DNA from: Dimorphilus gyrociliatus
Taxonomy: Eukaryota > Animalia > Annelida
Length of the DNA: 64,000 nucleotides
Assembly: GCA_904063045.1 (NCBI GenBank)
Contig: CAJFCJ010000046.1
Span: forward strand, 79,369 to 143,368
Direction of reading: 5' to 3'
The notes beneath the pieces were generated by a model. It was not told the DNA's origin and ran no database searches. It worked only from the letters and a program-made list of their open reading frames with translations. The translations under genes and the position numbers were made by a program. How positions within the stretch are numbered: the stretch's first letter is position 1; every line of letters begins with the position of its first letter. Below, in pieces: positions 50,301-61,019 of the stretch.

Positions 50301-50656
50301 TGGAACAGAAGCAGGCAAGGTATGATAACATGGTCACTGTTGCAGAGAAAAATGGCATTGTACCCAATTTATCTGGAATTAAACAGTTTTTCCATAGTTG
50401 GTACTATAAACCTGGGAAAACACTTTATGTTATCATACGAAATATTTGTTTGAGTATTGTAGTGTCAATGGTATGTATCATCATTTTCAACTATATTATT
50501 GGAAGAAGAAAACAAAGAGAAGAAATTGCTACCCCAAGTGAGAGCACAGATAACTCTCCTGAAAACCCAAAACTAATGAAACAAAGTTGTAGCTTTAGTC
50601 AACATCAAACTAATGAAGAAGAACAACCACCTGTAATTCTCATTAAATCAAGATGA
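47249..50656 (+). CDS. env: Second aspartic protease + acidic repeat linker + signal sequence + class III fusion-type envelope glycoprotein with C-terminal TM
   Basis: ALCDTGA (47300)..ILGCDFL; hydrophobic MKQMLWLPLVMTVMVICGCIHS (48236); Cys-rich ectodomain; TM ICLSIVVSMVCIIIFNYII; stop just before the PPT. Confidence 0.88.
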   Translation, partial: LPIPFEESKGQEVIALCDTGALRSFITEKEIKLMDVTIMDKETIGLPIITSADGKALKQKGSVKLNIQFAGESMEQEFIVMENLDIAIILGCDFLQTVGANLNFEAKQCSLKFDRRKGNLAERIRQPQLNKVTIAMMGQHDSSSESSDSDDSEMEVTNSDTGYDTSNTFKTDSNYSLNEPSSSSESDDTETNNELDQNTDSEANIISDREDEIPSSDNESIIIESEIIDITHSDNESIIIEGEIIDITHSDNESLIVVDSSQDEKENTSDTDNESVIFLDETKIISEQLDSQQEVEPQYIELEDGITIRVEQQHKIFNHSTIANTGRANMKQMLWLPLVMTVMVICGCIHSITVPKPSYQGAHVTSANITLTFKPPLYFCSNQLPSQAFDLADEPTCNIESQETKTITADIYELNLEEIETRAVKCQVYLRTNFYTYYFFGAKKRRIVNSVIKVTHDQCRQMVKDKRSFQGKPLMVKRNTWIHQDQFPAAYTWPTTTKVLEYTTIIQFGKAYWQPPNMKITTNLDYLEDCLPGQSYCETEEAIIVFRNLKNNYTLGQQSPWIKISNRISCIKFAGHYSCPGYSILDIPYQDKFIDGIGGPGTKVLVPLEEQSLIQETSKEHLYNLLQYQKIGKNEEKRLLNYPNKVKEQIILYKRNNPLPSLNQWYRETNTKYKLMRNKGTLKEVVIYHLQQPISPSYWELDNYYIQEMLQAVNWTRATRQSVTISKYVYSEKRIKKKVLPTLGIWYKGPPAREFKITYEGIYFTLHMRMAKKQMKKEAKLKHKISKNPYHKFPLEMREAAQTSTLLHGIDSNFKNLKKFTQQLSSLLCNQFVQRSRMMALLANLDPQLTTVLTNELGMHSSQMGELAIIKQCSPIASTEVVCDLSMIKKNNKCSQFLLVTMNNLLFQVEPVTHVLQQVNPEEITYNECKFNKLFYKTTHNPLNPIRNQPMKDKTYVYYSERGCRFHTVSAKSMQLHIHNHLSEPKIEIARLADLLHHGVKKDIAYQHSKIKQVISSLEQKQARYDNMVTVAEKNGIVPNLSGIKQFFHSWYYKPGKTLYVIIRNICLSIVVSMVCIIIFNYIIGRRKQREEIATPSESTDNSPENPKLMKQSCSFSQHQTNEEEQPPVILIKSR
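47894..48020 (+). repeat. 51-bp (17-aa) coding tandem repeat, ~2.5 units
   Basis: SDNESIIIESEIIDITH / SDNESIIIEGEIIDITH / SDNESLIV at 47894, 47945 and 47996. Confidence 0.95.
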
Positions 50657-50672
50657 AGGGACTCATCTTCAC

Positions 50673-50686
50673 AAAGAAGGGGGAAG
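50673..50686 (+). promoter_or_regulatory. Polypurine tract
   Basis: AAAGAAGGGGGAAG immediately upstream of the 3' LTR. Confidence 0.9.
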
Positions 50687-50687
50687 T

Positions 50688-51322
50688 TGTACAACTTTGG
50701 TTATATTTTACATGCTTGAACTCTATTATTTTATGCAACATATACATGTACATCTTAAAACCTACGCAAGAAAATGCTATAACATTGGCCAAACATAAGT
50801 CTGATTAGTCAGCTTGAAGGCTCATCTTTAATTACCAATAAAGGTTTGGCCAAGTTATAATTTAATTAACTTGCCTAGGGTGTGGCCAAGTTATAATTCA
50901 ATTAACCTTCCTAAATGTTGAACCTTGTAACATCCTGTTACTAAAGATAAATATGAACTACACATTTTGGCAACTGTAAAGTGATGATTGGATGTCAGAG
51001 ACAAACCTCAAAGTATATAAATCCTCATTATTCTCATTTGGCATGCAGCTTCCATCTGGACCCAAGGACCTGGGAAAATCATCTGGAAACAACCTCCACT
51101 GGAACCATCCATCTACTCCTCAACATTGGAAGACAGTTTGGTAATTTGGCAACCTGCTATTACAAACTATCTACTCTGCTATTGAACTCTCATATTGTTA
51201 CTTGCTTAAGTATTATTATTGCGAATAAACCATTTTAATTTAAACATTTGTTTAAAGGTTCGAGTAGAACCAGTATTGTTATAACTTGCAAGCGCATAGA
51301 TTTTGCCAGCAAGAACAGTACA
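50688..51322 (+). repeat. 3' LTR (635 bp)
   Basis: Matches the 5' LTR with ~15 substitutions (hand count) plus a 36-bp tandem duplication (units at 50847 and 50883). Confidence 0.95.
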
Positions 51323-52996
51323 CTACTCCAGAGCTGCAGACAAACCCAGATGGGTACAAGTCACAAAGAGCCAGACTGCACCTGATACCAATGGGTTTAA
51401 AGGTTCTCTAAGCGACAAAGAAAAAGCCCTGACTAGAGCTATGAGTAAAACTTACAGTTCTATTCACCAGATTGAGAGACTTAAGGAATATAACCCTTGG
51501 ACCAAAAAGGCCATGGACATGATGGACTCCATTAGAATCACAGGAGGTCCCATCACTGGGGAAAGACTCAACCAACTACATGAAATAGCCAATACTTGTG
51601 CTGGAGAAACAAATAGAGTTGTTCTGGAGGAGCTCAATGAGAGGCTCTCTAAAATGAGGGACAAGATAAAAAATGATCAGCAAAATTACAATCAATCAGA
51701 GGTCAAGAAAGCTATTGAAGTAGCTAAAACCAGATCGATACAGAAATATGGCAAAAAGATTAACTGGGGCCAACTCAAAGAAAGTGTATACTTGGTCACC
51801 AAAAATCTAAAGGCTCCCTTAGATGACTCTTTCACCAGAGAGCTCCATGAAAATTTCAAAGAGCTCCCTACTATACAGAGATCCAAGAAACCAGCAGATA
51901 AAACCAGACACAAAGAACCTTACAAGAACTCTAAGGATGAAATCTCAGAACTAAGAAAGGAATTGGCAATCATGACTGTCTTATTTAAAGGAATTACAGA
52001 GAAAATGAGTGCTGATGAGGAGACTATGGACCAGGGAAACTCCTAACTCTTCAAGCATAACAGCATAACAATTATAATGTTTTTAAACATGTTTTTATCA
52101 ATAAAACAGAACCAAGTATGGTTTTTAACCTATGTAGGAACTCTAACATCAAGAGTTCTTGCCTGAACACTATGGTACAAGGTCTAGGCTTTGTCTGGAC
52201 TTGGGCCCCAAATAAATTTATAAACTTGCACTTCACAGGGATCTTGGATTATACATTAAAATGGCTAAAGATCATTGAGAAAAATGGTACACCAAGATTT
52301 CGAAATAATCCACTAAAGAAAAAACTTCTTGACATACAAGCACCATCTCTACCTGAACTAATGAGGGAATTAAATTACATGCCCTCTTGTCATATTCCAG
52401 AAATTAACCATATCACAGACAGGATATATGACATTATAAAGGGCTCTGAAAAAATTAATAGAGCCCAAAAGGGTCTTGAAAATCAAGGCCTAATGAAAAA
52501 CTTCCTCAACAATCACTCTAACATTATCATTAAACCAGCTGATAAAGGCAGAAGGATTGTCTTAATGGACAAAGAGGACTATGTCTTTGAAGCTATGACA
52601 CAGCTCTGTGACAGAACAACCTACAAACAAGTCAGCAATAAAATAAGCTCTACCCAATGGACCCGGTTAAATGAAATCCTTAATGAATTGGTTACAATGA
52701 AAATCATTACCAAATCTACAGCAACTCTGATGGCTCCACAAAATAGCCCAGGAGATAGAAAGTTTTACCTCCTACCTAAAATTCATAAACACAGCTCCCA
52801 ATGGAGAGTACCAAATAGGATCCCCAAGGGGAGACCAGTGGTGAGCTATGTAGGCTCTGATCTATATAAAATATCTAAATTTGTTGATCACTATCTGGTC
52901 AAAATGGCAAAAAGTACCACTAGCTATGCTAAAAACACCCAACATTGCATTGGCAAACTATCTAAGATACATTCACTAAAATTTAAGTTCCACTAA
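51323..52996 (+). mobile_element. Truncated Penelope-like retroelement: upstream ORF plus N-terminal part of the RT
   Basis: VFNL..GLGF; IIIKPADKG..IVLMDKEDY..QLCDRTTY; FYLLPKIHK..GRPVVS..SKFVDHYL. Ends before the catalytic motifs; no endonuclease seen. Confidence 0.85.
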
Positions 52997-53098
52997 AATC
53001 TATCCAAGTGCCACAAGGTGTTCTAGAAAATTCTGTAGGCATATTTGACTCTTTCTTACATCTAATGTGCACTTAGATATAATAATATATCCTAACCC

Positions 53099-53197
53099 TT
53101 ATTGATAAATGATTGGAAAGGACGAATACTGTTCTGAAGAAGCAGAAATTCCTACAATTACAACACAACAAAGTACAAATATGGTGCAGTCAACAGG
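53099..53197 (+). mobile_element. Sister-family Gypsy 5' LTR end plus PBS
   Basis: ..CAAAGTACA AATA TGGTGCAGTCAACAGG mirrors 42771-42795; the LTR part is nearly identical to 62028-62105 (inverted). Confidence 0.8.
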
Positions 53198-53219
53198 GTT
53201 ATATTTTTTTTCTATTTTA

Positions 53220-53762
53220 GCTAACCAATCAAAAACTGTTTTTGGTGAGGAATTGGTAAATTTTATAATACATTCATTCAATTGTCTAAAATCTAATGAG
53301 TTAATATTGAATGAAAGACCTAAAGAAGAATTAATGGAATTAATGTTTAGTGAACAAAATTCACAAGAATTATATAAATTATTAGAAAAAGAATTTGCAA
53401 ATTTAAAAGTACCTTTAAGCAGAACTGAACTACAAGATTTAAAAGAAAAAATGGCTAAATTACAGGAAAACTATATTGCCAAATTTCATCAAAATTTACA
53501 AGTAAAATTCAATAAAAACTTTATTTTAGAACAATATTTTAATCATTACAAAAGGAAATTTTCAACTATGGATTCTCAATTCTCTGACAAGAAATATCAA
53601 GATTTTCAAAAGAGAGAAATTGAATCAGCTAAGAATAAAATGAGAAATGAAAAGAATGAGTTTGATTCAAAATTGTGCCAAATTCAAAGGAAAGTGAATG
53701 AAAGAGAGGAAGAGAGAAAGAAGGAAAAGCAGAGAGAAATGTCACATTTCATTTGGGTTTAA
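53220..53762 (+). other. Helical/coiled-coil coding exon, possibly a GBP/atlastin-like stalk
   Basis: Preceded by a polypyrimidine-AG acceptor; GEELVNFI..LKVPLSRTEL..; C-terminal charged coiled coil. Confidence 0.3.
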
Positions 53763-53946
53763 TGATGAACCTTGTATTGAATTTCCTGCAAGTCACTCTA
53801 GAGGGTGTCCCAGAGGGCATCCCAGAGGAAGTCCAAGAAAACATTAATGAAAATTATATAGAAGCTGAATCAAGTAGTTTCTTTCTTCATAGAAAAGCAT
53901 AATAATAGACACTAGATGGCATTACTAAAATTTGCAGAAAAATTAC

Positions 53947-56900
53947 TCATTGTTTATCATTTAGCAATTGAAGAAAGATTCCTTTCACGTTTTCTTCTAG
54001 TTGATTAGCATTTCCTTGTTCAACTATTCTTCCCTTATCCATCACAATAATCTTGTCACTATCCATTATAGTATTTAATCTATGAGCAATTGTTATTATT
54101 GTAGAATTCTTTAATTCTGTTTTTAGTACATGTTGAATAGTCTTATCAGTTTCAATGTCTACATTGGCTGTTGCTTCATCAATAACAATTAGATAAGAAT
54201 ACTTTAATAATGCTCTTGCTAAACATACCAATTGCCTTTCTCCTATACTTAAATTTTTACCCCCTTCAATTATAGTTGAGTATAATTGGTCAGGTAAATT
54301 GTTTACCTTTTCAGCTAATTGAACTTTATGTAAACTAATCCAAATTTCATCATCTGAATATAAATTGCAAGGATCTAAGTTTGATCTAAAACTTCCAGAG
54401 AATAGTATAGGATCTTGAGGAATGACAGATATCAATGATCTTGCTCTCTTTAGGCTAACATTTCCTACAATATTGACATTATCCAATAGAATTTTTCCTT
54501 CCACATTAGCCATTCTTAAGAGAGCTGCTATAAGAGAACTTTTACCAGCTCCAGTTCTACCTACAACACCAATCTGGACCCCAAAAAAAAAAAGTTATAT
54601 ATCTTTTTTTTTATATAGAAACAAAAACAAAAAACCTTTTCTCCAGATTTGAAATTGAAATTTAAAGAAGTTAGAGCATTTGGTAAATTTTTATCATATT
54701 TCAATGAAACATTTATAAATTGTAAATTTCCATTTGTGGGCCAATTTTCTGGTATTTCTATTTCCTTTCTTTCTATGAAATCTTCCTCAGGTTCAAGTTG
54801 ACAAAATTCTTTAATTCTATCAACTGATGTCATCTGTAGAAAAAAAAAAATTTTTTCAATGTGTTAAATTTAGAAATTGAAAAAAAAATCATACAATTCC
54901 ATCAATAACCATAATTGTGCTTTGCGTAAATGAAAATCCAAGCATTAAATTACTTATGTAAAGCATTGCTAAAGTATTTAGGAATGCAATTTTTGGTGTT
55001 GAAAAATATACACAAGTAACATTTAGCAATAATTGTGTTAGAAAAACCCAAGTAAAACATATTCTACATGAATATAGAATAAAAGCCTGTGAAAAGTAGA
55101 AATATTGAAGATTTGTGTTGAATATATTATAGAATTTTTCAATTAGTTGATTTTCTCTTCTAAAACAACGAATAGTGATTAATCCTTGGAGAGTTTTATC
55201 TAATAATTCATAAGCCGGACTTGCACTGACACTATCTAATCTTTTTAATTTACTGGAATAAGGTACCAGTTTAATTACTGTAAAATAGCTTGCTATTATA
55301 AGCAATACTAATGGAATAGCTAAAATATAAACATTTGCTATTGCTAATATGATTGAAAAAATCATTCCACCTATAAAGGTTATTACCCAAGCAAAATATC
55401 TATGTAATAACATATCAACTAAGCCCATATCTCTTGAAAATCTATTCAATATTCTCCCTTTTGGATAAATGTTGAAAAATCTCATACCAACTGAAATTAC
55501 ATTTGAGAATAATTCATTATGAAGATTTATAGAGCTCAGAGTGATATTTATGTAGAAAAGTAATTGTCTTCCACCATCTAGTATCAATATGAAGAAAAAG
55601 ATTATAATGATTTGATAAATTGTATCAGATGACCATGAAGTATTTGCAAAATCATTAATTTTTGAATCTAAGTAAAATTTCATATTAAACATAAAACAAA
55701 ACAGTAATAAAGAGAGGCCTAGTGCAGTTAGACTACCAGTTTTAAAATAACTTAGATATGTTCTCCAAGTTGACATTCCCTCTGTATTTTCTTCTTCTTT
55801 TACCCCTCCTTCTCTTTCATTAAAACTATAATTCTCTTCCTTAACATGGAAATAATCCTTTTTCCCAACATTTTCTACATTTAGTTGATTAATATCTAAT
55901 TTTTTTATTTCTTTCAATTCTCCATCATTACCATTCAGTGAAAATATTTGATCAGCCTTTTGTAAAAAGTGAACTTGATGGGATACAAGTATAACAATCT
56001 TTCCTTTAAGGTAACCAAGGATACAATTATCCATTACTTCCTTAGCAACACTCCAATCTAAAGCACTAAGAGGATCATCTAAGATATACATATCTGCATT
56101 TCTATAGACACATCTTGCAAGTGCTATCCTTGATTTTTGACCACCACTAAGGCTAAATCCTTTCTCTCCAACAAAAGTTTTATCTCCATTGGGAAGCATG
56201 TCTAAATCCTTAAAAACAAAAAACAAAAATTGATATTTTTGAATTGATTTTAAAAACATAAGCTTAAAGCATTATTTTCCAAACCTTTTGAAGTGAACAG
56301 ATTTGTATAACCTTTATATATTTTTTTAAATGGAAATCATCTCCAAAAATGATATTATCAAAAATAGTTCCATTAAAAATCCAACAATCTTGTGATAAAT
56401 ATGATTTTTTATATGGAATTTTCATTGAACAATTAATATTCAATTCTTCCAGTAGAGATAAAAGTAGGGTAGATTTTCCAGAACCAATTTTACCATAAAT
56501 TCCAATTAAAGATGGTTTTTGTACAGTTAAATTAATATTATTTAAAATCAGTTTAGATTGTGGTGTATCCTAGAAAAAAATATATATATATATATATTTA
56601 TATAAATTGAATACTGAGTACCTACTTTCCATTTAAAATAGACATGATTCAATTGACAAACTGTTGTATTTGTCTCTTCTTCATATGTAGGTTTTTTCTT
56701 ATTTCTTGCTAATAGGATAGTCTTATAAAAAAAAAACAACAATTTTTGTTTTTTCACTAATTTTTTTAAACAAACCTGAATTCTCTCTAAAGATATACGA
56801 AATTCATTCATTAAGAAAATAAGTTCTGGTAAAAGGTAAAAAACTTGCATATCAGTTAGAAGAACTAGGCCTATATATCTCATCACTGATGGTGTATTTA

Positions 56901-58157
56901 ATGATTCTGGTATTGTTAATTTAGTAACAAATATAGATGAAATAAGTACAATTTTAACACCAACTGTACTCAATACTCTAAAACATACTGTATATAAAAA
57001 TGTTTTTAAAAGTTTTAATATTTCATTTTTTCTTAAAACAGCAATTTTTTTTGAAAAATATTCTTCCCAAACTTGAATTCTTATAGTTTCAATTCCATTT
57101 AAAACCTCATTCATAAAATGAATTCTTTTATCAGTTTTAGATGCAATTTCACCAGTAATTAAACCTTGCCTATATCCTATAAAAATTTGTAGTGATGCAA
57201 TTAAGAAAACTGTTAGAAAACATGTCAATCCTGATGGATAACCATGTAAAATACCAATTAAAATTGGTGTTGCAAATATGGAGATAACTGATCCACAAGC
57301 TATATCGAAATAAGCAAATGTATATGGAATTTTTTCAAGATCTGTTGAGAAAATAGACAAAATTTTCCCAGAAGAAATTTCATGTAAATTTTCATAATCA
57401 ATAAGCAAAATCTTTTCAAAAATACAACATCCAAGTGATGCTTTTAATCCAATACCATATTTTAAAGCAAAAAGAACTGCTACATTTACAAGAATATTAT
57501 CAGCCAATGAAAAAATAGCTGTAAATTAAAAAAAATAATCTTTTAGAATTATGATTATAATTAGGATTAGGATTTTTAAATTGATAACTCTGATACTAAC
57601 AAAGTAATATAGCAATGATATAAGTTCTTAGAGTTACTTCTGTTAATAAATCTTCTAGTAGAATGTGTATTAAAAATGGAGCTGAATATCTCATTGCAGT
57701 CTGTTGAGTTTTTGTATAAAAAAATGAAATTTTTTTTTTGTTATTCTATTTTATTAATACAAACAAAAATTGATACTAAAAGTAAAAGTAAAATGAATGA
57801 TAATTTTGCTTTTTGAAATATTATTTTAAATAATGAGATATCTTTCTTCATCTTTTCTTCTTGTTCCCTTTTAATATGTCTATTAAAAAAACAAACAATA
57901 AATAGATAAAAATAATTTTTCCTTCTTAGCTTAACTCTTTAAAATCTTGATACAATTTTCTAGAATCAAGTCCATTGGATTGTTCATAATGTTCCAATCT
58001 TTCAGACCAGTCTTCACCTTTTGTTATAAAATATGGCCATCTAATTGAAAAATTCTTATTATTTCTAATCAAATGAAAAATAAAAAACAAGAAAAATTTA
58101 CAAGATAAATATTCTTGAAAATAATGAACTAGTAGATTCCGGATTTTTCAATTTCAT
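53947..58157 (-). CDS. ABCC (MRP4/ABCC4-like) ABC transporter, short form without TMD0, multi-exon
   Basis: N-terminal NP..SLFSRIF. NBD1 GKIGSGKST, LSGGQKSRIALAR, LDDPLSALD. TMD2 FFNIYPKGRILNRFSRD, LKRLDSVSASP. NBD2 VGRTGAGKSS, LSIGERQLVCLARALL, DEATANVD. Confidence 0.9.
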
Positions 58158-58539
58158 TCTAAATTGAAAAAAATATCTTTATAGAAGATAATTTTTTGGT
58201 AAAAATGGAGAAAAAAGTCATAAACAATAGTATTATTTGTCAAATATTTGTCTATCTAAAATGTAGTGAGTATTAAAATTTATACTTACATAAATTTCTT
58301 ATCCAAAGTGTTTTTAAGTTTAATATTTTGGTTTAATGGAAAAAATCTAGCTTCTCTCTCACTCTTTTCTTCACTCACTAACCCTCTTAGCAATATATCT
58401 GATAGTGTTCCATTTGAGATAAAAACCTGTTAGCAACTGAAAAGAATATAAAACCCTTAGAAATATATATATATATATATATATTGAATATTTGTTTGGC
58501 CATAGTCATGGTTCAACAGATTTTTATAGAATGCTGTAT

Positions 58540-58900
58540 GGCAATATCTCCTCCATTTCATGTGCACTTAGAAAAATAGCAATGTTATAATACTTAGACT
58601 TTAGATATTGTAGAACTTTAGAAAGGCTTTAATTTCATAGCAATTATAATGGTGCAACTATAGAATGATTTTTATGTCAAAGGAATTATAATGATGGAAG
58701 TTTAGAAAAAGTGTTATTTCATAAGAATTATAATTGTGGAGCTTTAGAAAGACTTTTATTCAGTAGAATTTGATTTTAGAACTTTAAAAAGAGCTTTATT
58801 TTGTAGGAAATAGATTCTTTGATCATAACAGGTGGAGCCACTATGGAATTAATGCAGGAACAAACAATATAGAAAAAATGCATATCAAACTTGTTACATC
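58540..58900 (+). repeat. Dispersed repeat family with ~40-bp subrepeats (copy 2, ~6 units)
   Basis: Recurring (G)GAACTTTAGAAAGACTTTTATT..TAGGAATTATAA. Confidence 0.8.
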
Positions 58901-58959
58901 TTATTCAAAAACAGACAAAGAAGAAGCAGGCTTGTTTTGGCAGTGACATATGTTAGCCA

Positions 58960-59035
58960 TAAGTGATGTAATACTTTTTCATGTCTTTGTTATATGTGCA
59001 TTATGAGACTGTTACATTTCAACTTTGTTAGGTTA
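58960..59035 (+). repeat. Remnant of the sister LTR family
   Basis: GTGATGTAATACTTTTCATGTCTTTGTTATATGTGCATTATGAGACTGTTACATTTCAACTTTGT aligns with the reverse complement of 62348-62415. Confidence 0.6.
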
Positions 59036-59224
59036 GATTTTGGTGTTAGGGTTTTCACACCCTAGAGTAGGACTCCCTCTTTGCCCCTGAGTGATACCCT
59101 TGGAAAGTTGAGGAATTAACTGTTCTGAACAATGGCATGGTTAGGTTTTAGTTAGGATTTTGTTTAGGGCCACACACAAAACTGTATCTTATGGAAGTGT
59201 TAGCACATACAATTATGTTGTAGT

Positions 59225-59480
59225 TGTATGTGCACTTCAGTTCAATATAGATGCTGTTTTAGAAAACTGTAAACTGAACTCAATACTATTTAATATGAAT
59301 GCTTAACAATAGCATTGTGTGCTAGGTACATGCAATTCTATTATACACATATGCCATGATGCATGTATGCACATGAGCTTATAAAATTAATACATTAGTC
59401 TTACTTCAATTACTTAAGAACATTAATTTAGCGGCCAGCTAAAGAGTATCAAAAGGTCAAACTCAACTATTGTTGAGTTG
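59225..59480 (-). repeat. Dispersed repeat, inverted homolog of 5490-5660
   Basis: Shared blocks listed under 5490-5660. Confidence 0.7.
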
Positions 59481-60099
59481 TATTGTTACTTTTTGTAGCA
59501 CACTTAGTTGTGTTAGAGTCAGGGAACTGTTCTGAGCCGGAATTCACTATCAGTGTTGAAGTCCAGTATGTTTTCAGTAGTTTTTCATAAAATGTTGGAT
59601 TGTTTGCAAATTGCATTCAATTTAAATCCTGCAATATAGATATTAATGAGTCTTATGAATAATCCTTCTTTTTAAATTTGTGAGCCTCTGACTTGGTAAA
59701 TCATTGAAAAATATTTGACAGGCATTTCTAATAAATGGCCAATATAATATATCATCTTGAATATTTTTTTATTCTTATGATCCAATGAGTTTAAGAGTTT
59801 TTAAGTTGTAACAGATGGAGCCACAATTGATTTGGAGAAGGAAAATTACAGCACAGTGTTTGAAAATATTTGACTGTACCTATTATAAGGACTAAGATTT
59901 TTTGAGAAAGATTTAGACATTGATCAAATTGGATAATGGCTTAAAATACAACATAGGCCTAAATACAACTTTAGTCCAAATAGATCAAATTCTATGATTG
60001 ATACATTTGAATAAATTGTCAAAAATTATCCTAAATGAAATGCTTCTGGAGCAACAAGATCAATTTCCTTAAAGTAAAGTTCTAATCTTTGATTTGACG

Positions 60100-60650
60100 A
60101 TTTTAATCCTTGAAGAATTATTTGAAAAGATTGATGAATGGTGCCATAAATCTTCAAAGATTTACAATTTTCAAGTACATATCCTAAAGCTTTTTGCTAT
60201 ATTTAAACTCTTTATATTCTGACAAACTGCAATTAATTTAGCCAAACATTGCTATTGATTAGAATCTAAAGAGCAATTGTAAAATTCAATATTTTCCCCC
60301 AAACTTTCAGCCTGTTTCTCATTCATATTCAAATTGCTTAAATTTAGCTCTACAAGTCTATGACTAATACATGTTAAACTATTGAATATACTTCCTGAAA
60401 CATTTTTCAGCTTATGAAATCCAAGACATATTACATTAACATTTAGACATTTTTCCATTAAATTTTCCAAAATATTTTCATACTCATATGTCATTAGAAA
60501 TTCCTTGAATTTTGATTTCCTTTAAAGAACATTTACTATTACCAGTTAATCTCTGTGAACTGTTTCCATTTTATAAGTAGCTAACTTGAGCAATTTAGGC
60601 AAATTAAGAATTTTTACATTTTCTCTTATAACATTTGCCAAATTGCTAAA
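60100..60650 (-). pseudogene. NLR-type LRR fragment
   Basis: LTCISHRLVELNLSNLNMNEKQAESLGE; flanking degraded repeats. Confidence 0.65.
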
Positions 60651-61019
60651 TTACTAAATTGGCCTTTCCTCATATTGTACTACTATTATTGTTATCAAAC
60701 AAAATCATAAACATATTTTGACTTTTCTTCATTCACACATAGACTGATAAGATAAGGAGAAATCAATGATATAATTATCACGTGACACCTTATATGTAAC
60801 TTTTAAATTAAAATATGAAGAGCCAACTGTTCACAACAGTATGAAAAAAATCAATCCATTTTACTGTACAAGTAGAAAATGTTTTATAGAGGTCAAATTA
60901 AAGTTGTGCTATAAATAAATTTTGATGGAAATCACATTTTATCTCTCTTTTCCTCTCTTTTTGGCCTAAATTGGAAAATGATAATATTCACCCAGTACTC
61001 AACCACTTCAGATATGATC

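Larger units (their letters stand above)
42177..51322 (+). mobile_element. Ty3/Gypsy LTR retrotransposon with env-like gene and a duplicated protease (endogenous retrovirus-like)
   Basis: Direct LTRs TGTAC...GTACA, PBS, PPT, and domain order gag-PR-RT-RH-IN. No TSD; contains an assembly gap. Confidence 0.97.

Noticed and set aside
51303-51322. Start of the 247-aa ORF as an LTR-encoded gene
   Set aside because: The TTG start lies in the LTR end; the ORF belongs to the adjacent Penelope-like element and is 5'-truncated.
58540-58900. CRISPR-like or structured ncRNA array
   Set aside because: The units are degenerate tandem subrepeats without unique spacers.
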